The notes beneath the pieces are model-generated. The model did no database searches and was not told where the DNA came from. It saw only the letters and a list, made by a program, of their open reading frames with translations. From Lingula anatina (Eukaryota; Animalia; Brachiopoda), in the NCBI GenBank assembly GCA_051362555.1, contig CM120643.1, positions 29,640,848 through 29,704,847 on the forward strand: a DNA stretch of 64,000 bases. Reading direction: 5' to 3'. Within the stretch, counting starts at the first letter, position 1, and each line of letters opens with the position of its first letter. The position numbers and the translations under genes are program-made. Of this stretch, positions 9,021 through 20,341 are shown piece by piece.

Positions 9021-9342
9021 GAAATGTCTTCGTTGTCTTCGTTTTACTACCCAGATGCTGTCGTCGCGCGCAACATTTGAAATTTATGAACTTTAATGAC
9101 CATAAGTCACGTCAAAGGATACTTGGAAATGCATGAACTATTGTGGCCATAAGTCACGTTTATATTGCATGAATTTTTGTATTCAATGTTTGGAGATTTA
9201 ATAATCATATTGGAAATGTAATGCATGTCTTTTTATTTCCGAAGGTTGGGGATAGACTTTCCCCAAGGTACAGGCAACATCAATCCCACACCGCGTCGGT
9301 GTGTCGTCGCCGATTCGAGGCGGACGGCCGCGTCGCGTTACA

Positions 9343-10480
9343 ATACTCATAGGAGTGGCCAATCTTACTAAAACGAAGGTTGAGTTGGAAAATCAGCATA
9401 ATCGGTCCATTATTTTAGAAGTTATGCTGTTTTTTCACATTTCCTCACATTCAATTCTTAGGCATGTTAACAGTCTCATTATTTAACTAATAAGATACGT
9501 AAAAGTGTTTGTTTGGCATTTCCTGCATCTTTACAACATTGTTAGTTGATTTTGTAAAAATGATAGTAAACCTGTTATCGTGTATTGTGTAATAAAGTGT
9601 CAAAAATGGAAATAAACACATATCATTGTAGTTTGTCAGATTCAATCATCCACTATGTTCAGAATCTCATAATGGAGGAAATTGGACATATAACACTGTC
9701 TTATTGATATTTTCCCATCTCATCAATTTTCTTAGTTGGTCATATAAAAATGGCAGTAAATTGATTATTTTGATATATGTAAAAAAAGTGTTGAAAGTGG
9801 AAAGAAATTAATTTCAGTACAGTTATCTCTTGTGTACATTTTGGCATTTTGAAGTTGTCACTCTGAACTTCCATGGCCCTGAAGACCTTTCCATATCAAA
9901 TTTTCTGAATATCCATGATACTTTTATTTTATTATTAAAAATTGATGGTCATTATGCTGTTAAGCATTATGTAATATTGCATCAAAATTGAAGACAACCC
10001 CATTTTAGACAATGCCTCCACAGTGACCATTTAAGGAAAACCAAGTCACTTACTCTTCTCAAACTTACAGAAATGTAGCATAGCACAAAATTATAGCTTC
10101 AGTTGGAAAACCTGTTATATCGGTTAACTTTCTTGGTAATTATATAGTTTTTTGTTACAATTAAAATTTTCACATATGGACATTTTCAAGGTGTGACTTA
10201 GTCTTTGAACTTCCATTGGCTTGAATACCATTGCTAGTCACATCTTTTGAATAGTTATGATACATTTACTTTATTATTAAAAATTGATGGCCATTGTGCT
10301 GTTAAGCATTGTGTTAAATTGCGTAAAAGATGAAAAAAAAAACTTTTTTGGACATCGCTGCTGGGATGACCATTAAGGAAAAACCATTTTACTTATGATA
10401 TTCTAACTTACTGAAAAGTTTCATAGGACTGAAGTGTAGCTTGTGTTGGAAATCAGTGTGATTGTTTTCTGTTTTGGAAG
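9343..10480 (+). mobile_element. Second copy of the Helentron/DINE-like repeat, interrupted at its left end by the Gypsy insertion
   Basis: 9343-9850 aligns by eye with 11515-12000, and 9840-10480 with 12390-13020. The right boundary is approximate. Confidence 0.7.
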
Positions 10481-11050
10481 CAATGCAGCTCTATGGAGTG
10501 CTATATGGGGCTACTGTTTATGGATGGTGGTAATTGTCCCTTGGGATAATCACTAGCTAAATTCAGAGCTATAAAATTACTTGCCTAATTGATTTTCAAG
10601 TGCCCATTAAATAAGATTACATAAAACACACGTTGAGATTTCCCATTCAAGTCCTATAGGTTAAGCTCTCTTAACTGTGTCACATAATTAGGAATTGATG
10701 ATAATTATGCAGGTAAATGTTGTTTAATATTGCAAATAAGTTTACAAAAGAAAAAAAAATTGTGTAATGCCAACATTAATGCTATAGATGAAAAACAGTG
10801 CCTTATTATCCTCAAACACATTGGGATTATTCATATCATGTTAATACAGCAAGATTAAAAGTTTGAATAGCAGCTTTATTGGAATTTTTTTTTTTTTTTT
10901 TTGTTTTCTTTTTAAATTTTTTCTAAACACTGGCATTTTCAACTCCCATCCACCTGAAGCTCTTCAGATTTTCTGTATTTCCACATAAGCAGTTGCATAG
11001 GTTTTTATGTCTTTAAACATTATGTAATATTATTTTATGCACTGTCAACA

Positions 11051-13240
11051 TTTTTATGTACAGACACAGATGTGTCTGTACATATTGCCATCACCTGTGT
11101 CTGTCGTCGCCGTTGCCGTCGCCGATCATGTCGCCGTCGCCGTGCACTTTCAGCGTTAACACCATAAATGGAAGACAGTTTTACTTTTTGGCTTTATATT
11201 TACAGAGCTGATGAATATTCATAAAACACAGGTCAAGTTTGAAAATCAGCATGATCGGGCCATTATTGTAGAATTTATGCTGTTTTTTCACTTTTCAGCA
11301 TATATGCAACACTGTTAACACATTTCAAGGAAAACTGATAGGCCTGTTGTCATGAAACTCACAGGAGTAATCAATCTTACTAAAACGCAGATCAAGTTCG
11401 AAAATCGGCATGATCGGGCCACTATTTTAGTAGTTATGCTGTTTTTTCACTTTTCAGCATATATGCAACACTGTTAACACATTTCAAGGAAAACCCATAG
11501 GCCTGTTGTCATGAAACTCACAGGAGTAATCAATCTTACTAAAACGCAGGTCAAGTTCGAAAATCATAATCGGACCATTATTTTATAAGTTATGCTGTTT
11601 TTTCACATTTCCTCAGATTCAATTTTTAGGCATGTTAACAGTCTCATTATTTAATTAATAAGATACGTAAAAGTGTTTGTTTGACATTTCCTGCATCTTT
11701 ACAACATTGTTAGTTGATTACATAAAAATGATGGTAAACTTGTAATCGTGTATTGTGTAATAAGGTGTCAAAAATGGAAATAAACTCATATCATTGCAGT
11801 TTGTAAGATTCAATCATTCCCTATGTTCAGAAACTCAGAATGGAGAAAATTGGACATTTGACACTGTTCTATTGATATTTTCACATCTCATCAATTTTCT
11901 TAGTTGATCATATAAAAATGGCAGTAAACTGTTAATTTTGTTTTATGTTAAAAAAGTGTTAAAAATGGAAATAAACCCATTTCAGAATAGTGCTGTCTTG
12001 TTTCACATTTCCTCAGATTCAATTTTTAGGCATGTTAACAGTCTCATTATTTAATTAATAAGATAAGTAAAAGAGTTTGTTTGACATTTCCTGCATCTTT
12101 ACAACATTGTTAGTTGATTTTGTAAGAATGATGGTAAACTTGTTATCGTGTATTCTGTAATAAAGTTTCAAAAATGGAAATAAACTCATAGCATTGCAGT
12201 TTGTAAGATTCAATCATTCACTATGTTCAGAAACACAGAATGGAGGAAATTGGACATTTGACACCGTTTTATTGATATTTTTCACATCTCATCAATTTTC
12301 TTAGTTGATCATATAAAAATGGCAGTAAACTGTTAAAATGGAAAAAAAAAAAAAAAAACATTTCAGAACAGTGCTGTCTTGTTTACATTTTGGCATTTTC
12401 AAGTTGTGACTTTGAAGTTCCATGGGCCTGAAGACCTTTGCTAGTCACATTTTCTGAATATCTATAATACTAATATTTTATTATTAAAAATTGATGGTCA
12501 TTATGCTGTTAAACGTTATGTAATATTGCATCAAAATTTGGAAAAAATATTTTAGGCACTGCTCCCATGATGACCATTTAAGAAAAATCATGTCACTTAC
12601 TGTTCTCAAACTTACAGGAAAGAAACATGGGACTAAAATACAGCTTCAGTAGGCAATGCAGTCTGCTTGGTAATTCTTTCTGCTAGTTAAACAGTTTTTT
12701 TTGTAAAAATTTAATTTTTCACATATTGGCATTTTCAAGGTGTGACTTTGAAGTTCCATGGGCTTGAAGACCCATGCTAGTCACATTTTCCGAAAATCCA
12801 TGATACGTATATTTTATTATTAAAAATTGACGGTCATTATGCTGTTAACCACTATGTAATATTGCATCAGAATAGAAGAAAACACAATTTTGGGTGCTGC
12901 TGCCATGATGACCATTATGGGAAAACCATGTTACTGATGATTGCCAAACGTTCAGAAAAGAAATACAGGACTAAAATGCAGCCTGAGTTGGAAAAGCAGT
13001 CTAATTGGCTTCTTTTTCTGGAAGTTATACATTTTCAAAGTGTGAACTTGAACTCCCATGGTCCTGAAGCCTTATGCTTGGACACATTTTACTTACCTGT
13101 TGAGCATAATTAAAATTTGATGTTGAATTTGCAGTTTAACATAATGTACTTTTGCATCAGAATTGACAGTAGCCTATTTTGGGCATAGTTATTTCCTGCT
13201 TTTTGTCTGTACATTTGACAGCTTTGCTGCCTTGTTTTTT
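11051..13240 (+). mobile_element. Non-autonomous Helentron-associated (HINE/DINE-1-like) element with internal tandem repeats
   Basis: T5, then the hairpin TATGTACAGACAC-agat-GTGTCTGTACATA (11055-11084), a (GTCGCC)n tract, 159-bp tandem cores and a 400-bp duplication (11601/12001). The 3' end has the subterminal IR TGTCTGTACAT (13204-13214), a small stem-loop CAGC-ttt-GCTG and a T-run. Confidence 0.7.
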
Positions 13241-13467
13241 AGAATAATTGATCAGTATTATTAATTAATGATTTGTAAATAAATAGATTTCTGATAAGTG
13301 TCCATGCAGTTAATTGCTTGAAATAGATATCCATGTACCTTACTGATTTCAAGTTCACTTGTGGTTTTTAATATAATCAAAGTAATGCATGCAAGTTCAT
13401 TTTACAAACAATCATATGAAAGTATAATAAAAGCTCATTTATGATATTCTATATTTTCATCACTTAG

Positions 13468-16400
13468 TACGTAAATGCCTCCCCCTCCCGCCTCCTCTAC
13501 ATGGAGAATATGACCAGTGCCAGGGTTTTACACCAGTAGGGGGCACCTGCAGCTTCAAATGTAATCTAGGTCACCAGCTTTCTGGGTCACGAGTCCGGAC
13601 TTGCCAGTACTCTCCTGTTACTGACACTACCAGTTGGACAGGCACAGATTCCAAGTGTGAAGGTGGGTCAATAGGATTAATTAATGATAATATGATAATT
13701 AAATGTACTGGATGTGATTTTTAAACAGCCACAGTCTCAATAATTATAAATTTCATATTCACATTGTTTTTTCTTTTATGTGATGTAGGATTTTTATCAA
13801 TCAGATTAAAAAATAATAAAGAAATTCTGCTACTGTAAAGTACATAGGATTGACACTCTTAATTAAGACAACCAGATTGCAACAGTAGCAGTTAAAAGAT
13901 TTTCAATTTTTTTAATGGAAGGTACCAAGTTTTGATTTCTTCTCCTTTCTTATATATATATATATATTATATATATATATAACCATAATTGTTGACAGTA
14001 GTACAACAGTGATTTTATTAAATATTATTATTGTAATTTTCATTTATATAATTGTTACTATTATTATTGATATAATATATATATAGTTCTGATCAGTCAT
14101 TGTTATCTGTGTCAGTTGTCACCTGTCCTGCACTGACAGTGCCTAACAATGCCATCAAGTCAGGGTGTATCAGGGAACCACCTGCCACAGAGAAGTTTGG
14201 GACGGTGTGCAGTTTTTATTGTCGCTATGGTTACGGTGAGGTGGGTAACCCTGTCGCCAGGTGTAAGGAGGACGGAGCCTGGGAGAGAGAAGACTTCAGG
14301 TGTGAAGGTTGGTGGGATTTTTTTTTCTTTTTTTTTTTACTTTCTTGCTTTTTTCTGTTCTTCTTTATTATTTTTTTTTTTTTGATGTTTTTAATGGATG
14401 AAATTTGATAATGCTCATGAGAGTATCATTTCTCAGATTTGGTGATTTTTCTCTGAGTTTCCATTTTCATCCAGTGATAAATGATACAGTAATTGTTTCA
14501 GTTGCACTTCATTGTCTTCTGAGAGAACATAGTAGAACGCTTTCATGATTAGACACTAAATATTTTTATATTAATTATAAAAGTGACTTCTTAGCTTGAT
14601 GGTCTGCAATTAAGTGAATGCTCAAGACAATAATTATTGAATAGATAGAAATGTAATAAATAAATTGTGCATCATTTTCTAGTTCAGTCTTGTCCAGCTT
14701 TGACAGAAACTTCAGACTATAAAATTAGTCCAGCCAATTGCCTGTCTCAGCCACAGTTTCTGCAGAGCTGTGTTTATTCATGTCGGAAATCTGGTTATCG
14801 TCTGCGTCCAATTGGTCACGACTTTGTCACGTGTCTTGCTAGTGGAAAATGGACCAGAGATATCCAGAATCTAAAATGTGAAGGTGATGTTATAACATTA
14901 TTTTGTCTTTTTATACTCGGTTTAAAGCTTGATTTTGGAAGGTGATATGTTTCAGTATTTATTTAAGATGTATATGAGTTTATTATTTTAGGTACTAAAT
15001 ATTTTGGATTTGACATATTCAGTTACATAACTTGGCAGTATCATGTTACAATATTTATCAGTAATTATAGTTTTTTCAATTGATTTCAATGGAGAAATAA
15101 AAGAAATTAAATTTATTTGAAGATTAATTTCAAAATTTTCCAGACATTGAAAAACCAAGATTTACTCGTTGTCCATCCGACATTTTCATCTATGCTGAGA
15201 AGGGCACAGACTCGGCCCTTGTCACATGGGAGACACCAGTCGCTGTGGATAACTCAGGAGAAGCACCAACTGTGACCACAAGTAATCTTCCATCTCGATT
15301 CTCATCTGGCAGTCATCGCGTGACGTACACAGCTGTTGATAGAACTGGAAATAGGCAGATATGTGAATTCACAGTCAATGTTGAAGGTATGTGCATTATT
15401 AAGATCAAAAGGCATCTGATTTAGGTAGCTACACAGATTTTGGTATAAAAAGTAGTGAAAATTTTGAAAAAAATGTTACTACATGAGTTTTTTTTCTGTT
15501 GATAGCTCTATTTGATAGAAGCAGTTTCAGTTTTGGCAGTTACTTTTATATGTGGACATTTATAGTGGAGAAATAAGTGGTCACAATTTGTTTTCTGACA
15601 TTTGAAGAATTCTCAGATAACATGTTTTAGGATAATGCCAGCGTTTAAACAGTAATTGAATAACACTGTTAATAAAGAATTCTTCTTTGATATTGAACCT
15701 TTGCTGTTAATTTTTATCAGTTCGAAGATGTCCTCGCCTTCAACCCCCTGTGTATGGAATATTTGATGGACCTTGCAAAAACAGTTACGGCACCAACTGT
15801 ACTGTGAAGTGTGTGGAGGGATATCGCCTACAGGGAGCCAGTACCATGACCTGTTCTCTGAGTGGGAATTTAATGTACTGGGACATGGAGGAACAACCAC
15901 GGTGTCAAAGTATGGCAAGTTTTCAATAGGAAATTGTATGTCAGTGGGGATTAGGATGGGAATTTACCCTTTATATGATCCTTTTTACATGTTAAGGAAA
16001 AAATCAGACCAGCGAATATTTCATTAATTTACTAATATCATTTTTCCATCTTTTATATATATTAAAAAAATAAGATGTAATATATTCTTTCATATATATT
16101 TTTAAAAGAACTAAGATATAATATGTCTATTTGCAGTAACTGGCTGTCCTGCCCTGACTCCACCAGTGAATGGATTTGTGTACCCCGCGTTCTGTGCTGG
16201 TAACTACACCCCCTATCACGGCACTGTTTGTAAGTACTTCTGTAAGCAAGGCTTTAAGATGGACTCGCCAAGGAATGATGTTGTGTGTGGACTTAATGGA
16301 CAGTGGAGTGGAGATACTTCTGTTGTCAACTGCAAAGGTAACTCATTTTTTTACATATTTTGCAATAGATATAAAGTAAGGCTGGTTGACTTCAGTCACT

Positions 16401-17517
16401 TCATTTTACCGCTTTCACGAACTCTCGTGATATAATTTCTTCTTTAAATGCTATAAAAAACTTTTAAAACTTTGCGTCAGAGCTCAGCTTTTACATTTTA
16501 TCAGTTTAATTGAAATTGTGATCACTTCCCCCATTATTGTTAAAATTGAAATATTGTAAATACATAAATAATATAAGTTGATGAGACAGATGTAATTTTT
16601 ATAATCACAGAAATAATCTTAATTATTGGTGCCAGGTTTCTTATTTGTAGCTTTTATATTTATATTTTATACATCTGAGTCAGTGGTCCAAGAATTATAG
16701 TCATTGACAACAAATATTATAACATACTACACTATGATTAATATCAAAATTTACTTGCAAACATGAGAATAAGTAAAAATATCACTGTATACTGTCTCGC
16801 CTTTCAGATGTCACCCCACCCCGCATTTTGACCTGTCCCGGATCAATAACAGCCAGTCTGAATGCCTCCACCCTGACAGCTATGGTGGACTGGGATGTCC
16901 CGCTAGCAGAGGACAACTCAGGACAACCTCCTCAGATGACTGTGTCACCAGCTGGGGTGGCGCCACTGTATGGTTTTAATACTACGACAGAAGTAGTGTA
17001 CACATTTACTGATGATGCTGGGAACAGTGCTGAATGTAGCTTCACTGTCACTGTGCAAGGTACAGAATGCTTACTGCAGAGTCATGTTTTTTCACGATTT
17101 AATAATAAAATCCCATTTTGTTGATGCTTTTCCATCTTTACAGCCCTAAAATTCTTAATCCCAAGGTCACCAATTAAACCATTTCTTCTTTTTGCCAGCA
17201 AAATCGATATCTGTAAGATTCTTTTAAAGATGATCATATTGATAACTATGCTATTGGGTTCTATGGTGCTGCTAGTAATAGTGCAGCTCTAATTAAACTA
17301 CTTTGATTGTAAAAAGGTAATTATGTGTACTGTATGTATTGTTCAATGTTTTGATAATTATGATTGATAAAGATGAAAATAATAATTGATAATAATGATA
17401 ATACTGTAGGTGATGATGACAAAATAAATTATTAGTCATAATATAACAATAATTATATGAGGATGGAGATTATAGTGTCAGCAATGAATAAGATCATAAT
17501 GGAGTATACTTATCATT

Positions 17518-17561
<44 letters not shown>

Positions 17562-20309
17562 ATTTCAGAGGACATAGCCCCTATAGTCAGCTATTGCCCC
17601 TCATGGGTGAGGTCCCAGGCCAAAGGTCACCAGGCTTCAGTCTCATGGAGAATGCCTGTCTTCACTCTCCCTGACGGTTCTCTCCCTATCGTAACCCCCA
17701 GTATAAACAGTGGAGATTACACCTGGGGTAACCACACTATACAGTATAGTGCTCGCAACCCCAAGAATGGGAAAACATCTTTCTGTACTTTTATGGTGTC
17801 TGTTGAACGTAAGTACAGCAGTTAATTCTGCCTTGCGTTTGTTTGGTAACAAATGTTTGTAGGATTTGTTTCTGCTGTTGTTATTTAATTTTTGGCAAAA
17901 GATACTATAATATTGTTCATTTTTATGAGGTGTTAGTAGCTGGAGGAGACATAAAAGTTTTATATCACACAAAAGATGCCCTCCATTTTAAACCCCACCT
18001 CCCCCACAGAAAACATTGGTTTTGTTTTATGACAGATGGAGTAATATGTTGCGTGGTATTGTACTGTACCTGTAGTAAAAAAATCTTACATTCTCCTTTT
18101 TTCCTTTGTTCTTTATTAATAGTTCTAGTTGTATAAAAGTTGTTTCCTCTGTTTCCCCTTGATTTCTTTTAAGTAATAGAAAGAGCAATTTAGTGAAGTG
18201 TTCAATCTTTTCATAACTTTTTAAAAGATTTTTTATCGCAAGAAATTTTTCTCAAACATTTTTTTCTTTTAAATCATTGTAGCAAAGAGATGTGCCCCAC
18301 TTGACCCACCTAAGAATGGAGCCCTGTCGTGTAACAACTGGGGTTTGGGGAAGTTCTGCTCCATGGCCTGTAACGAGAAGTGGGACATCCCCAGAGGAAT
18401 CACCGCGGCTACTATGTTTGCCTGCGGCGCCAACGGGATATGGAAACCAACAGATGAGGTGCCTGACTGTGTGGGTACGTAAAACTTTTATACTTAAATG
18501 TTGAAATTGAAGTGCACTTGACTGGGAAAAGTGTTCAGTTGGTTTTGTCCAATGTAAGACTATCTAGAAAAGTATTTATTTAGTTTTACATATATTTAAT
18601 TTTATATTTAATTATTTTGCATTTTTCATCAAAAACAAGTATTCTTGTACTACTATCTTGAAGCAGTAGTACTCAATTTTGAATGGTAGGTAAGCTAATC
18701 ATCACTCTAGCAAATAATGCAGCATGTCATTTGGCTTGCATTAATTAAAGGACCCTTTATTACTGTCCACAAATTTTTAAAAATCTTGTATTTCAGAGCC
18801 CAGAGATGCCATATCCAGATTGCCATCAGAGCTGCACTACTTCACAGGTGATTGCAATGACCCCTCCACACAGACACAAATCAAAAACAACTTTATTCAG
18901 ATCCTCCTTGGCTCCATTCTCAGCAACAAATGCAATCCCAATGAGGACTGCAAACCAGAGAATGTACAAGTTACATGTGGTCCTGTGTCCATGTTCCGTC
19001 GAAAACGGCAAGCAGATAGTTCTGGACTCCGTTATGTGACCAAATTGAACTTTGACCTTCAAATGGTGGTCAAAACTGCTGGATACAGAACAACCCAAAG
19101 AGAGGCTTACATGGCCCAGTACAAACTATACCAGATGGCTGTGGCATTGAGAGGCATGGTAAATAATGGAGATGACCGCCTCACCTTACGAGCTAATATT
19201 GCTAACAGGGTGGATAGGCAATCCTTCAAGCAGGGAAGACCACAGATTACGTGTAGTAACCCAGATTTGGCATTGAGTCAGGCGCTGAAATGTGGTAAAA
19301 TATCTTTAATGATTTGTAAACCTTGGATGTAGTGACAGTATTAAAGGTTGATAGATTGGCGGAATGAGAGGGTGGATGAACGAATAGATGTTTGGTCCAA
19401 TAAATGGACAGTCAAGAAAAGTTTTTGTGGCTGAAAGAAAGGTTGGGTAGACAGACAGACAGATGGACAGACAGATGGACAGAATTTTATGGTACTGTCT
19501 TGATCTCATCAAATTTTAAGAATTTATGAAATGAAAACCCCCAGTATCTGTAACATTTACTATTGTCCCCATTGAAAATATTGAGTCATTACTGTAAAAA
19601 GACAGATAAGGTTTCATAATGGAGAAATGAATGTCAAATTACATATATTGAAAAAAGGCTATATATAAAATGTATATATGACAAGTATATAAGCGTGTAA
19701 ATATATTTGATTAATTCACATTTCACTTAAAAATTGTTTTATATTCTAGTGTCATGTCCCAGTGGCACCCGTTTTAACCAGGCTTCCCCCCTCCCCAGCA
19801 AGTGTGACCCCTGTCCACTGGGGACCTATCAGAATGAGTCTGGTCAGCGTCACTGTGTCCAGTGTCCGAGTGGTCACTCAACTCGTGGGACGGGATCCAA
19901 AAATGCCACTCAATGTTTGCGTAAGTAGTACAGGGGTACACAGTCAAATGTCTCCGAGTTTCAGAGATTGCTGGAAACTAAAGCTTCAAAACATGGAAAT
20001 GGCTGAGAGGCATGCTGATCAATTGTCTAGTTTCCAATAGTCTCTGAAATTCAGGGTGAACTTTTCCAATTGTAGTCAATAATTTTATGTAAGACTATAT
20101 ATGATAATTATTTAATCATAGCTATCTGTACACCTGGAACATCCTCTCTGACTGGAGTGGAGTCCTGTACACCCTGTAAGAAAGGAGAATATCAAGACCA
20201 GTCCAGTGCCAAGTCCTGCAATAAATGTAAAAATGGCACAACAACAGTGGATGTGGGGTCCACCAGCTCAACGCAGTGTAAAAGTGAGTACGTCAATGTG
20301 TGTGTGTGC

Positions 20310-20341
<32 letters not shown>

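Larger units (their letters stand above)
1..9342 (+). mobile_element. Ty3/Gypsy LTR retrotransposon, 3' part (5' LTR and most of gag lie upstream of the window)
   Basis: Gag CCHC tail, pol in PR-RT-RH-IN order, PPT at 4569-4584, then TGTAACG (4585) ... CGTTACA (9342). Sequence after 9342 switches abruptly into an unrelated repeat that is also seen near 11355 and 11515. Confidence 0.92.
4585..9342 (+). repeat. Candidate 3' LTR, 4758 bp
   Basis: 7-bp terminal inverted repeat TGTAACG/CGTTACA, a PPT on the left, and a sharp junction with a host repeat on the right. The 5' LTR is not in the window, so identity cannot be confirmed. Confidence 0.78.
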
